A stretch of DNA of 64,000 nucleotides, taken from a bacterium (GTDB taxonomy: Bacteria; Patescibacteriota; Minisyncoccia; Phycocordibacterales; JAGLPS01). Made by a program: the position numbers and the translations under genes. Below, one piece after another: positions 45,422-56,138 of this stretch. Below the pieces are notes generated by a model that was given only the letters and a program-made list of their open reading frames with translations, did no database searches and was not told where the DNA came from. Each line of letters opens with the position of its first letter. The first letter of the stretch is position 1. The stretch covers positions 23,535 to 87,534 of the forward strand of contig JAUYHB010000020.1 of the NCBI GenBank assembly GCA_030690305.1, given 5' to 3'.

Positions 45422-47365
45422 ATGGAAGAGAAAAATTTTGCTCATCTTAACAACAAACAGAAAAAAGCCGTCCTAACTACACAAGGACCTCTGCTTGTTC
45501 TTGCGGGGGCAGGAGCGGGAAAGACAAAAACAATCACTTCCCGAATTTTCCACTTGATCAAACAAGGCACTTCTCCGGAAGAGATTCTAGCCATCACATT
45601 CACAAACAAAGCGGCAAGAGAAATGAAGGAACGGGTTAATTCCTTGCTCGAGCATGACCCGGGCACCGCACTGTCTCCCGAAGAGAGACCTTTCATAAGT
45701 ACATTTCACGCGCTTGCGGCATATATTTTGAGAATTCATGCGAAGGAGGCGGCATTGCCGAAACATTTCAAGATTTTTGACGGAAACGACTCACGAAGGG
45801 CGGTAAAAGAAGCCATTGAGCGTTCGGGACTCAATCCGAAAGAAGTGGACCCGGGAAAAATACAAAATATTATCTCCCGAGAAAAAGGTGAAGCGTATAC
45901 CGTCGAGGATTACAAAACAAATGTCGGCAGAGAAACAGGTTTAGTGGAAAATATATGGACCCACTACGAGCGGATTTTAAGAGAAGAGAGGGCCCTTGAT
46001 TTCGACGACCTTTTGCTCAAGGCGTTTTTGCTCCTGAAGGGAAACGAGATTGTTAGAGAAACATACCAAAATCGATGGAAATATATTCATGTCGACGAAT
46101 ACCAAGACACAAACAAAATTCAGTATCTTTTAGTACGACTTCTTTCGGAGAAACATCAAAATCTTTGCGTCGTCGGCGACATTGACCAAAACATCTACAG
46201 CTGGAGGGGCGCGAAACTGCGTAATATCCTTGATTTCGAGAAAGATTATCCAAAGGCAATTGTCATTCTCTTGGAGGAAAACTACCGCTCTACCCAGACA
46301 ATACTCAACGTCGCAAACACAATCATTGAAAAGAACAAATACAGAAAGAGCAAGCGACTATTTACTCAAAATTCTATTGGAGAAAAAATAGGTTTATTTG
46401 AGGGAGGAAACGAGACGGAGGAAGCGGAATTTGTGGCGGCACAAACAGCACACATTATTTCAAGCGGAGTCCGCCCGGAACACATTGCCGTTTTATACAG
46501 GGCGAATTTCCAGTCTCGGGTTCTTGAGGAAGCGTTTTTGGCGCGCACTATTCCGTACCAACTTATCGGAACGAAGTTTTTTGAACGCAAAGAAGTCAAG
46601 GATACGCTTGCTTTTATTCATGCGGCCCTCAATCCGGAAAGTTTTGGCGACATAAAACGTATTATTAATCTTCCTCCCCGGGGTATCGGAAAAGTGACAC
46701 TTTTGAAAATATTTGAAGGAAAAGAAGAGTCTCTGCCTCAAAAAACAAAAGAAAAAATTAAGGAATTTAAAAAACTGATTGAACGCATTAAAAATTATCT
46801 TCCGGAACACACTCCCTCGGAAAGCATAAAATACATCATGGAAGAAACGGGCATGAATGCGCTATATGAAAAAGAACTCGATACACTTGAAAATTTGAGG
46901 GAATTGGTGACTCTTGCGTCCCGATATGACGAGCATGGACCAAATGAAGGGTTGGAACGATTTCTTTCGGACGCCGCCCTTGTCGCAGACCAGGATGAAC
47001 TGGAAGACGGGAAAGAGGGAGTGAAACTTATGACTGTCCACGCTTCAAAGGGCCTTGAGTTCGAACATGTCTTCATTGTAGGACTGGAAGACAACCTTTT
47101 TCCCCATCGGAGAATTGACGAATCGAAAGTGAGCGAGGAAGACAAGGAAGAAGAGCGACGGCTTTTTTATGTTGCGCTTACCCGGGCAAAAAAGAAATTG
47201 ACTCTCTCGTACGCCCAGACACGAACGCTCTATGGCACAAAAACGGTAAGTATGCCATCAGAGTTTATTTTTGATATTCCACCCGAGTACCTGGAGAAAA
47301 AAGACTGGACGATTGACGAAAAAAGAAAAAGAGGAATTGCGGCGATTTTTAGCATAGAATTCTAG
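45422..47365 (+). CDS. pcrA: UvrD/PcrA DNA helicase
   Basis: AGAGAGKT, TFTNKAA, VDEYQD, ENYRS, TVHASKGLEF and EERRLFYVA. Confidence 0.96.
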   Translation: MEEKNFAHLNNKQKKAVLTTQGPLLVLAGAGAGKTKTITSRIFHLIKQGTSPEEILAITFTNKAAREMKERVNSLLEHDPGTALSPEERPFISTFHALAAYILRIHAKEAALPKHFKIFDGNDSRRAVKEAIERSGLNPKEVDPGKIQNIISREKGEAYTVEDYKTNVGRETGLVENIWTHYERILREERALDFDDLLLKAFLLLKGNEIVRETYQNRWKYIHVDEYQDTNKIQYLLVRLLSEKHQNLCVVGDIDQNIYSWRGAKLRNILDFEKDYPKAIVILLEENYRSTQTILNVANTIIEKNKYRKSKRLFTQNSIGEKIGLFEGGNETEEAEFVAAQTAHIISSGVRPEHIAVLYRANFQSRVLEEAFLARTIPYQLIGTKFFERKEVKDTLAFIHAALNPESFGDIKRIINLPPRGIGKVTLLKIFEGKEESLPQKTKEKIKEFKKLIERIKNYLPEHTPSESIKYIMEETGMNALYEKELDTLENLRELVTLASRYDEHGPNEGLERFLSDAALVADQDELEDGKEGVKLMTVHASKGLEFEHVFIVGLEDNLFPHRRIDESKVSEEDKEEERRLFYVALTRAKKKLTLSYAQTRTLYGTKTVSMPSEFIFDIPPEYLEKKDWTIDEKRKRGIAAIFSIEF

Positions 47366-47367
47366 AT

Positions 47368-48171
47368 ATGAATTCCGGACAACCTTTGGGTCAGCATTTT
47401 CTCCGCTCCGCCAAAGCATTGGCGGATATTGTTTCAGCCGCATCCCTTACTCCATCGGATACCGTCCTTGAGATCGGACCGGGGGAGGGGGTACTCACAA
47501 AAGAGTTACTCGCCCATGCGGGGAAGGTAATCGCCATAGAAAAAGACCCTGTGCTCGTCGAGTTTCTCAAAAGTCGGTTTGGAAATGAAATCGGAACCGA
47601 TAAACTTCTGGTGATTGAAAAAGATATAAGAGATTTCTTTCCTGAAAAGTACGGTCTCAAAAAAGGAAAGTACAAACTTGTCGCAAATATTCCTTACTAT
47701 ATTACGGGAGAAATCCTAAGAAAATTTGTTGGGGGGGAAACCCCGCCATCGCACGCGGTTCTTTTGGTTCAAAAGGAGGTCGCCGAACGTATCGTCGAAA
47801 AAGACGGTAAAGGGAGCCTTCTTTCTATATCGGTAAGAGCGTTTGGGGAACCGAAAAAAATGGCAGTGGTGAAAAACACCGCTTTCAGCCCCCAACCAAA
47901 GGTCGATTCGGCAATTCTTTCAATAGAAAACATTTCGGATAAATTTTTTGACGATATCTCGCAAGAAACGTTTTTTGAAACGGTAAAGATAGGATTTTCA
48001 CAAAAAAGAAAACAATTGAAAAATAATTTGAATAAAAAATTCGGGGAAAGCGCCGTTTCGGGTACGTTTAACACATGTTCAATCCCCGAAAAAGTTCGGG
48101 CTGAGAAACTAAGTTTGTCGCAGTGGAAGTGTCTCGCGCGTGAATTAAATAAAGCCTCTTCACACAATTAA
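47368..48171 (+). CDS. rsmA: 16S rRNA dimethyladenosine transferase
   Basis: GQHFL, EIGPGEG, ANIPYYIT and PKVDSA motifs. Confidence 0.97.
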   Translation: MNSGQPLGQHFLRSAKALADIVSAASLTPSDTVLEIGPGEGVLTKELLAHAGKVIAIEKDPVLVEFLKSRFGNEIGTDKLLVIEKDIRDFFPEKYGLKKGKYKLVANIPYYITGEILRKFVGGETPPSHAVLLVQKEVAERIVEKDGKGSLLSISVRAFGEPKKMAVVKNTAFSPQPKVDSAILSIENISDKFFDDISQETFFETVKIGFSQKRKQLKNNLNKKFGESAVSGTFNTCSIPEKVRAEKLSLSQWKCLARELNKASSHN

Positions 48172-48188
48172 GGTGTTACAATACTCGT

Positions 48189-49172
48189 ATGGGTTGGTTA
48201 AAGAGCAGGTGGTTTAAAATCGGTATCGCCGTAATTTTTGCGGGGGGTCTTTTGTGGTGGGCTATAACAACCGTAAGCAAAGACACATACCGTTCGGAAA
48301 ATCTTTCAATAGACAGCTCCGTCAGAACTCTTCTTTCAGCACAGGCGCAGCAGGACGGAGACAACGATGGACTGAAAGACTGGGAGGAAGCGTTGTGGGG
48401 CACATCTCCTTCAAATGCTGATACGGACGGGGACGGTACGATAGATGGGAAGGAGGTGATGCTTGGAAGGAACCCCGCGGTTGCGGGCCCGAATGACACA
48501 CTGACCCAATCACAACTCGACGAAAAAACAAATTCCGGTCAAGAGGACTTAACTCTCACGGATAAATTTGCGAGAGAGTTTCTTTCCTCATACCTCACTC
48601 AAAAACAAGGGGGCGGGACAGTGGGGGCAGCATTTGAACAAGACCTTTTAAGCAAAGCGCTGGACCAGAATGCCATATCAAGGGGGAAAGTGTATACAAA
48701 AAATGACGTCACAGTAACTACCCAAAACGATTCCCAGTCAATTAAGGATTACGCCAATGCTGCGGGAAAAACTTTCAGAGTAAACACTCTTCCCCAAAGC
48801 GCGTATGACCCGCTTCTTATTTTGCAAAAGGCTTTTGAAAAAGAAGACGAGAGTGAAATCAAGAAATTGAAAGACATATATGAAACAAGCAGCAGAATAG
48901 TAGCCGACTTGCTTTCTGTTAAAGTCCCTTCAGACCTGGCAGAAAGGCATGTTCGACTTCTCAATGCAATGAGTGTTGTTTCCGAAAACTTCAAGGGGAT
49001 GGGTGACGGATTAAATGACCCGTTAAAGGCAATGCTTCATGTCCAGATGTATTACAATTCGTCCGTAGTGGAAATGCGGAACTCCGTAAAGGGAATCGGT
49101 GATTATCTCCGTGAACAGGGCGTTGTTTTTCAACAGGAAGAGGATGGTACTCTAATTATGAATACGATATAA
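48189..49172 (+). CDS. Membrane-anchored protein with Asp-rich Ca-binding-like repeats
   Basis: DGDNDGLKDWEE and DTDGDGTIDGKE (bacterial TSP3-like) after an N-terminal TM. Confidence 0.8.
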   Translation: MGWLKSRWFKIGIAVIFAGGLLWWAITTVSKDTYRSENLSIDSSVRTLLSAQAQQDGDNDGLKDWEEALWGTSPSNADTDGDGTIDGKEVMLGRNPAVAGPNDTLTQSQLDEKTNSGQEDLTLTDKFAREFLSSYLTQKQGGGTVGAAFEQDLLSKALDQNAISRGKVYTKNDVTVTTQNDSQSIKDYANAAGKTFRVNTLPQSAYDPLLILQKAFEKEDESEIKKLKDIYETSSRIVADLLSVKVPSDLAERHVRLLNAMSVVSENFKGMGDGLNDPLKAMLHVQMYYNSSVVEMRNSVKGIGDYLREQGVVFQQEEDGTLIMNTI

Positions 49173-49213
49173 TTTCAGGTAAGGATTTTCTATAACGAAC
49201 GCAGTTCGGCATA

Positions 49214-50101
49214 ATGCACCCGTATAATAAAAAAAGTTTCTTGGGACAAAAGGTTGTGGCAGCACTACTTGTATTTGTTTTTTTCTTTTCCAACCTTGCT
49301 TTTATGCCACAAAAAGTTCAGGCCGCTGTACCTACATTTGACGTAGGACTTAACCCTGCATTTGCAGCATATACTGCAGCATTTACAACATATGCCGGAA
49401 TAGAAACTGCAAACACAACATCTCTCACAGTAAAAGAAACCATCCTTGACGCCATTGCTTGGGCTGCCGCAAAAGTTATTATCCAGAACATGCTTCAAAG
49501 TATTGTTACCTGGGCCCAAAACGGCTTTAATGGTGGACCGTCTTTTATCCAAGACCCTGAAGGGTTTCTACGGGACGTTGGGGACCAGACAGCAGGACTT
49601 GTGATTAGCGACATCGCGCCTTTTCTCTGTGAACCTTTCCGTATCTCTCTTCAAACAAACCTTTCTTTGAGTTATTCTCTGCCTGTTTTTGATAAAATTG
49701 AATGTACACTTTCCGATGTCATCGACAACATTGACGGTTTCTTGAATGGAGATTTCACACAAGGAGGCTGGGATGGGTGGTTTTCAATGACACAAAACAA
49801 AAGAAACAACCCTTACGGAGCGTTTCTCTTGGCACAGTCGGAACTGAATGTGCAGGTGGCAAAAAAACAGGGAACAGAACTTAAGTTTCTTGATTGGGGA
49901 CAAGGCTTCTTTTCGTTCCGTGATGCTGACGGACTTGTTCAGACCCCGGGAAAAATTATTGAGAACCAGCTAAATCATTCCCTAGGCTCTGGAACACGCT
50001 CACTTGAAATTGCTGACGAAATTGATGAGGTAATCGGCGCTGTTGTCGCGGGCCTCGTCACACAGATGTTTAGCGGTGGTAGTGGTTTTCTTGGACTTTA
50101 A
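49214..50101 (+). CDS. Secreted hypothetical protein, possibly VirB5/TrbJ-like
   Basis: Signal peptide ending VQA then AVPTFD, reminiscent of the VirB5 mature N-terminus; lies upstream of a VirB6-like gene. The family assignment is inference. Confidence 0.55.
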   Translation: MHPYNKKSFLGQKVVAALLVFVFFFSNLAFMPQKVQAAVPTFDVGLNPAFAAYTAAFTTYAGIETANTTSLTVKETILDAIAWAAAKVIIQNMLQSIVTWAQNGFNGGPSFIQDPEGFLRDVGDQTAGLVISDIAPFLCEPFRISLQTNLSLSYSLPVFDKIECTLSDVIDNIDGFLNGDFTQGGWDGWFSMTQNKRNNPYGAFLLAQSELNVQVAKKQGTELKFLDWGQGFFSFRDADGLVQTPGKIIENQLNHSLGSGTRSLEIADEIDEVIGAVVAGLVTQMFSGGSGFLGL

Positions 50102-50113
50102 ATTTTGATAATA

Positions 50114-52081
50114 ATGTTTAAAAGAGAGAATAAAAAAATCTTCCTGAAACTCCTGTCATCCTTCTTACTGTTGCTTCTTGTCCTTGTTCCTTTCTTTGTA
50201 AATGCACAACAAGCCTCGACTCAGGAAAGCGGGGAAAAGTGTGGCTGGACTAACATGGCCGGATGTATAGAGATGGCGTGGGGCAAACTTGTAGGCTCCA
50301 TAGCGGATCTTATTCTCAGTCTTGCGGCATTTGTTACGTTTGCGGCAGGAACATTATTGGACTTCGTCATTAAATACACAATTGTTGATATGTCTGCGAA
50401 TGTAGGTGTAATTACCGGGATCAGCACTGCTTGGGCGGCGTTACGAGACCTTGCGAACATTTTCTTCATATTCATTCTCCTTTACGCGGCTATTGCTACC
50501 GTCCTTCAGATGGGAGGAGTAAATACAAAAAAAATAATCACCCGGGTGATTATTATTGCCCTTCTCATAAACTTCAGTCTTTTCTTCACGCGGGTGATGA
50601 TTGATGTGTCCAACGCCCTTTCGGTTGGCTTTTATAATGCCATTTTAAGTGGTGTTTCCGGAAGTGACGGCATTTCATATGCATATATGCAGAAACTTCT
50701 GCTCACAACCGTTTATCAACCCGGTAGTGGTGCTGGTGCTGACCTTACAAAGTTTCCGGAGGTAGGGTTTTTGGGTGCAATATTTTTCCTTGTAGCCGCC
50801 TTTGTTTTTCTTGCCGCAGCCGTAATGTTCATCACCCGTTTTGTTGTGCTTGTTTTCCTCATGATCACTTCTGCCCCTGCTTTTGCAGCTATGGCCCTCC
50901 CTAATGACAAATATTCCGGAGATTGGTGGAAAGCTTTGTGGGACCAACTAATTTTTGCCCCTGTTTTCTTTATTCTTTCATGGGCAACTCTTCAGGTGCT
51001 TGATGGTGCACTGGGCACCTTGGGCGCAGGAGCAAGCTTAAAAGACGCCATTGCAGGGAGTATGGATGCGAACGGAAACAAAACTGCGATTCCGGGTGCA
51101 GCCGCTGTGTTTGCCAACTTCGGAATCGCAATAACATTCATGATTGTTACTCTTACCATTTCTAAGAAACTTGCCGGAAGTGCCGGAAAAGGAATTCAGA
51201 GTTTTGTAGGTGGGGTTGTTGGTGGAGCAACTATTGGCGGAGCCGCGTGGCTTGGCAGGCGAACATTGGGTTGGGCTGGTGACAGATTAAGCCAAAACAC
51301 TTCCTTACAAGGAGCTGCAGGTCAAAATAATCTTGCGGGGAAAGCTGCTCGATTAACTCTTCAGGGTACCAAAAACTTATCGAGGGCAAGTTTTGATGCG
51401 CGCAATATAAAAACACTCGGTATTGGTGAAACTATTTCTAGAGAAGGTAGTTTGGGTAAAGGAAAAGGCCAGGGTGGTTATGTTACAAGTAAGGACAGCC
51501 AAAGAGAAAGGGTACTTAAGGATGACCAGCTAAGGGTTGCTGGAGCGAGAACAGCAATTGTTTCGACTGGTTTGGCGCCTACAGCCACAGGTGCGGATAT
51601 TCTTGCTATGCAACAACAAGTGAGCAAAATGAGTACAAACGATATTGAAAATACAAGCTTAGCAAATTTGCAAAGAAGTGAGTTTGCCACAGGATTATCA
51701 CACAGTCAAATGGAAGACATTAAGAAAAGCACTAAGTTTACACAAACAGAAAGTAATTTGATTGAAAATAGACGCGATGCAGGACTTGTCAATCTTTGGA
51801 ATGCATCTGGATCAGCAGGACTGTTCGCGGTTACAAAGCGTGCTAAACCAAATGAGATGGCAGAACTTCCGCAACCAATCCTTGTTGATCCTAACTTCGC
51901 ACAACATTTAAGTGTCCCTGCGTTACAGCGCATAACTAATGAAGGGACTCTTGGTTTCGTCGATAAAGCATTGGTAAGAGCTAATATTATTGCTGCAGCC
52001 GCACTTCCGACTAACATAGGGAATGTCCAGCTTCAGAAAACGGCATCGTGGCTTGCGAGCCCGCAGGGCAGCATCTTCTAA
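50114..52081 (+). CDS. Polytopic membrane protein, VirB6/TrbL-like
   Basis: Many TMs (WAALRDLANIFFIFILL, ALLINFSLF), soluble C-terminus, T4SS context. Confidence 0.7.
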   Translation: MFKRENKKIFLKLLSSFLLLLLVLVPFFVNAQQASTQESGEKCGWTNMAGCIEMAWGKLVGSIADLILSLAAFVTFAAGTLLDFVIKYTIVDMSANVGVITGISTAWAALRDLANIFFIFILLYAAIATVLQMGGVNTKKIITRVIIIALLINFSLFFTRVMIDVSNALSVGFYNAILSGVSGSDGISYAYMQKLLLTTVYQPGSGAGADLTKFPEVGFLGAIFFLVAAFVFLAAAVMFITRFVVLVFLMITSAPAFAAMALPNDKYSGDWWKALWDQLIFAPVFFILSWATLQVLDGALGTLGAGASLKDAIAGSMDANGNKTAIPGAAAVFANFGIAITFMIVTLTISKKLAGSAGKGIQSFVGGVVGGATIGGAAWLGRRTLGWAGDRLSQNTSLQGAAGQNNLAGKAARLTLQGTKNLSRASFDARNIKTLGIGETISREGSLGKGKGQGGYVTSKDSQRERVLKDDQLRVAGARTAIVSTGLAPTATGADILAMQQQVSKMSTNDIENTSLANLQRSEFATGLSHSQMEDIKKSTKFTQTESNLIENRRDAGLVNLWNASGSAGLFAVTKRAKPNEMAELPQPILVDPNFAQHLSVPALQRITNEGTLGFVDKALVRANIIAAAALPTNIGNVQLQKTASWLASPQGSIF

Positions 52082-52082
52082 A

Positions 52083-52748
52083 ATGATGAACAATCAACTC
52101 AGAGAGAAAATAAAAAATGCACTTCAAAAATTCCCTAAGGAATTGAAATATGAAGTGACCTCCGAGGAGGCTTTTGATGCCTTCCTCGAGATAGTTAAAA
52201 AACATGGAATAGAAAAAGAGAAGACTGACAGATTTTCTGATGCTGTTTATTCGGTTGCATACGGTGTTGAGCCTTTAGAAACACTTACCGCACAAATTGA
52301 AAAGGCGTTGGACGGAAATATTCAAAAAGTACAACCAATAGCGGAGGACGTGAGAAAAATGATAATTACTGAGAATCTAAAAAATTATCTGGCGGCTCAA
52401 AAAACAGGCATGGCGTCTGGTATAGAAAAAATAGGTGGGCAGTACGTGTTCCCAGAAACAGGAAACATGATAAAAACTACCTCGGTGTCTGAGCAGACAA
52501 GCAACAGGTCTGTAATGGCAAACGGGGAAGTGATAAATAAGACGCAGGTTCTTCATGACATTGAAAATCCTCAAAAGGTTACTCCCGCATTTGAACATCT
52601 TCCTTCCGGAGTGGCTGGGGGGAACATCATCGACGACAAGCTCAACAAAATCGTTAAACTGCCACGGCAAGAAAAATATGATGAAAATGGAGGCCCTAAA
52701 CCAGAAGGACAGATTCAGTCGGACCCTTATCGGGAACCGATTGAGTAG
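52083..52748 (+). CDS. Hypothetical protein ending DPYREPIE
   Basis: ORF in operon; ATG directly after the upstream stop. Confidence 0.75.
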   Translation: MMNNQLREKIKNALQKFPKELKYEVTSEEAFDAFLEIVKKHGIEKEKTDRFSDAVYSVAYGVEPLETLTAQIEKALDGNIQKVQPIAEDVRKMIITENLKNYLAAQKTGMASGIEKIGGQYVFPETGNMIKTTSVSEQTSNRSVMANGEVINKTQVLHDIENPQKVTPAFEHLPSGVAGGNIIDDKLNKIVKLPRQEKYDENGGPKPEGQIQSDPYREPIE

Positions 52749-52763
52749 CGGGATTTTTTAACA

Positions 52764-53198
52764 ATGCAGTTTCAAACCCCACAATTCATTGACGTTGAGG
52801 ACAAGATTTTCGGTCCTCTGACGTTTAAACAGTTCGTATATCTTGCCGGAGGGGCAGGGCTTGTTGTCGTTTTGTGGACGTTGTTACCTCCCTTTTTTGC
52901 CGTTCTTTTAGGATTGCCGGTTATCGCTCTTTCACTGGCGCTTGCATTTTATACCGTAAACAACAAGCCTTTTGTAAATATCATGGAATCGTTTTTTTCG
53001 TATGTTTCCGGTAGTAAATTATATGTGTGGAAAAAAGAAGCGAAAAAGGCAATGCCTTCGGAACCAAAAGAAGGTGGAACCGACCTGGGACTTTACGTCC
53101 CCCGCCTTTCGGACAGTAAGTTAAAAGACCTTACCTGGAGTCTTGGTGTCAAAGACCAGACGCAACCGAAAGAAAAGAGTTCTGTTATTGGGCAATAG
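52764..53198 (+). CDS. PrgI family (VirB3-like) membrane protein
   Basis: PQFIDVEDKIFGPLTFKQF plus two TMs. Confidence 0.88.
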   Translation: MQFQTPQFIDVEDKIFGPLTFKQFVYLAGGAGLVVVLWTLLPPFFAVLLGLPVIALSLALAFYTVNNKPFVNIMESFFSYVSGSKLYVWKKEAKKAMPSEPKEGGTDLGLYVPRLSDSKLKDLTWSLGVKDQTQPKEKSSVIGQ

Positions 53199-53326
53199 GT
53201 GAATAGACGGTATTACCATAGAAGTTTAATATCCCCGCAGATTATTGCGATTTGGGACAAACCTTCGAGCATAAAATGAGTCTGTCTGGCTTGCTCTGAG
53301 GTTTAATACCTCTTATTATTATACCA

Positions 53327-53971
53327 ATGGCTATCCAGGCACAGGCAACTCAAGACTTTGTTCCAATTAGTGAAATCAAAGACGGCATCGTCATTCTAAA
53401 GGACGGGTCATTGCGCTCAATAGTGATGGTTTCATCTCTTAATTTCGCGCTCAAAAGCGAGGAGGAAAAAAATGCCATCATTTCACAGTTTCAGAATTTT
53501 CTCAATTCACTGGATTTTTCCATGCAAATATTCATACAGTCCCGACGACTCGATATTCGGCCATATCTCGCGCTTATCGAACAGCGCTACAAGGAACAGG
53601 TAAATGAGCTCATGCGGATTCAGATTCAAGAATATATCGAGTTTATAAAAAACTTTACCGAAACAACGAATATTATGACGAAAAATTTCTTTATCGTTGT
53701 GCCGTATACCCCGGCTTTTCTTCAAACAAACAAATCAACGAGAGATTTGCTTAATTTCGGAAAAACAAAGTCTCAAAAAGAAACCCAAAAAACCAATGAG
53801 GCCGTCTTTGAGGAAAACCGCACCCAGCTTGAACAACGCGTTGCCGTCGTTGAACAAGGCCTTGTGCGCTGCGGCATCCGAAGCGTGCTCTTAGGCACGG
53901 AAGAGGTGATTGAGTTGTATTACAAAATTTTCAATCCCGGCGAAACCGAGAAAGCAATACAAACATCGTAA
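53327..53971 (+). CDS. TraC/VirB4-N-terminal-like protein
   Basis: SLNFALKSEEE and FLNSLDF; sits between prgI and virB4. Confidence 0.7.
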   Translation: MAIQAQATQDFVPISEIKDGIVILKDGSLRSIVMVSSLNFALKSEEEKNAIISQFQNFLNSLDFSMQIFIQSRRLDIRPYLALIEQRYKEQVNELMRIQIQEYIEFIKNFTETTNIMTKNFFIVVPYTPAFLQTNKSTRDLLNFGKTKSQKETQKTNEAVFEENRTQLEQRVAVVEQGLVRCGIRSVLLGTEEVIELYYKIFNPGETEKAIQTS

Positions 53972-53972
53972 T

Positions 53973-55784
53973 ATGGGGTTACTTGATTTTTTACAACCGA
54001 AAAAGAAAGAGGAGGAGGTCTCTATGATACTGCCGCAAGACGTATATGACGCGGGGGCTCTTGAATTAAAAGACATTATCGCTCCAAGCGCCTTGAAAGT
54101 CGGCACGAAAGACCTTAATCTTGGAGGAAAATCCGTCCGAAGTTTTTTTGTTATTTCTTATCCGCGATTTCTCGCGGAAAGTTGGTTTTCTCCGATCATT
54201 AACCTCGACAGGGTATTTGATGTCTCGATTTTCATTCATCCCATTGAAACCGCAACCATTCTAAGGCAGTTTCAAAAGAAAGTAGCGGAGGTTCAGAGCC
54301 AAATTCATGAACGCGAAGAAAAAGGCCTTGTCCGCGACCCGAAGCTTGATACCGCATATCGCGACTTGGAAGAATTGCGTGACCGACTGCAGCAAGCACA
54401 GGAGAAACTTTTCGATGTCGGATTATATATTTCAATATATGGAGAAAACGATGAAGACCTCAACAAAGCGGAAGGCCAGGTGAAGTCCATTCTTGAGTCA
54501 AAACTTGTATATGTAAAACCGGCGCTTTTCCAGCAAGAACAGGGGTACAAAAGCGTGTTGCCCGTAGGAACCGACCTTTTGGGAGTTCATTCGAAGTTTA
54601 ATTCCGCTCCTTTATCGAGTCTTTTTCCTTTTATCTCATTTGACCTGACTTCGGACAAAGGAATTTTGTATGGGATAAACAGGCATAACTCGAGTCTTGT
54701 GTTGTTTGACCGATTCAGCCTTGAAAATTACAACTCAATCACGTTCGCGAAATCAGGCGCGGGAAAGTCATATGCCACCAAACTTGAGATTCTTCGGTCA
54801 CTGATGTTCGATACTTCAATCATTGTCATCGACCCCGAGCGTGAATATGAATATCTCGCACAGGCCACCGGAGGAAGATACTTTAAAATATCTCTCACTT
54901 CGGAACACCACATTAACCCTTTTGATCTCCCCGTCCCTCAGGAAGGGGAATCGGGAGCAAATGTACTGCGCTCAAACATCATAAACCTTGTCGGACTGTT
55001 TAGAATTATGCTTGGAGGACTTACCTCAGAAGAAGACGCGGTTATTGACCGGGCAATTTCCGAAACATATGCACTTAAGGATATAAGCCCGAATTCGGAT
55101 TTTTCCGCCGTGACACCGCCTCTTTTGTCAGATTTTGAGCTTGTGTTGTCGGGTATGGAAGGGGGAGAGTCCCTGGCGCAACGATTAAGTAAGTACACAA
55201 AAGGAACGTGGTCAGGTTTCATCAACCAGCCGACCAACATTGACATAAACAAGAAATTTATCGTTTTCTCGGTTCGCGACATGGAAGATGAGCTGAAACC
55301 CATTGCCATTTACATCATCACCCACTACATATGGAATGCCATCAGAAAAGAAATCAAAAAACGCCTCCTCGTTATTGATGAGGCGTGGTGGATGATGAAA
55401 TCGGATGACACCGCGTCGTTTTTGCTTGGCCTTACCAAGCGCGGAAGAAAATATTATCTTGGCGTCGCGACCATTACCCAAGACGTTGACGACTTCCTTG
55501 GGTCTCAATACGGAATGCCCATCGTAACAAACTCTTCAATTCAGCTTCTTCTCAAACAAGCCCCGCCGGCCGCCGAGAAGTTGCAGAAAATTTTTAATCT
55601 TACAGACGAGGAAAAGTATCTGCTTCTTGAGTCTGACGTTGGGGAAGGGATATTCTTTGCAGGACTTAAGCACGTCGCCATAAAAATCATCGCCTCGTAT
55701 ACCGAAGACCAGATTATTACTTCCGACCCCTCACAAATACTTGCCATTGAAAAGTCGAAAAAGGATCTGGAGGTAAATTCTTAG
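53973..55784 (+). CDS. VirB4-like type IV secretion ATPase
   Basis: Walker A AKSGAGKS, IDPEREY, INPFD, Walker B LLVIDEAW and KRGRKY; start taken at ATG 53973. Confidence 0.92.
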   Translation: MGLLDFLQPKKKEEEVSMILPQDVYDAGALELKDIIAPSALKVGTKDLNLGGKSVRSFFVISYPRFLAESWFSPIINLDRVFDVSIFIHPIETATILRQFQKKVAEVQSQIHEREEKGLVRDPKLDTAYRDLEELRDRLQQAQEKLFDVGLYISIYGENDEDLNKAEGQVKSILESKLVYVKPALFQQEQGYKSVLPVGTDLLGVHSKFNSAPLSSLFPFISFDLTSDKGILYGINRHNSSLVLFDRFSLENYNSITFAKSGAGKSYATKLEILRSLMFDTSIIVIDPEREYEYLAQATGGRYFKISLTSEHHINPFDLPVPQEGESGANVLRSNIINLVGLFRIMLGGLTSEEDAVIDRAISETYALKDISPNSDFSAVTPPLLSDFELVLSGMEGGESLAQRLSKYTKGTWSGFINQPTNIDINKKFIVFSVRDMEDELKPIAIYIITHYIWNAIRKEIKKRLLVIDEAWWMMKSDDTASFLLGLTKRGRKYYLGVATITQDVDDFLGSQYGMPIVTNSSIQLLLKQAPPAAEKLQKIFNLTDEEKYLLLESDVGEGIFFAGLKHVAIKIIASYTEDQIITSDPSQILAIEKSKKDLEVNS

Positions 55785-55787
55785 ATT

Positions 55788-56102
55788 ATGTTTAATGAAA
55801 CAAAACGGGTGGGGATGGCACATTTTTTAGTTGCCGGTATCGCTGACGGGTTGCAATTTGTAGTTAATTTCCTTCATTTGTTCCCCGTTATTGGAACTAT
55901 TCTTGCCTCAATGGTGTCTTTTGCCATCACCTTGGGAACATTTTTGACATTTGGTATTTTTTTCGGAACGTGGTTTCCTGTCACCTTTTTTGGGGAAACA
56001 ATTCCCGTCATCAACGGCCTTCCTTTCTGGACTGCCCGCGTCATGTTTGAAGCCGCAAAAGAGCGCGCACCTGCGGCAGCACCGGTGCCAAATAAAAAAT
56101 AA
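55788..56102 (+). CDS. Small membrane hypothetical protein
   Basis: Hydrophobic; ETIPVINGLPFWT; follows virB4 by 3 nt. Confidence 0.7.
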   Translation: MFNETKRVGMAHFLVAGIADGLQFVVNFLHLFPVIGTILASMVSFAITLGTFLTFGIFFGTWFPVTFFGETIPVINGLPFWTARVMFEAAKERAPAAAPVPNKK

Positions 56103-56138
56103 GTGTGGAAAAGTTGACAAAACATTGTGATACAATAA

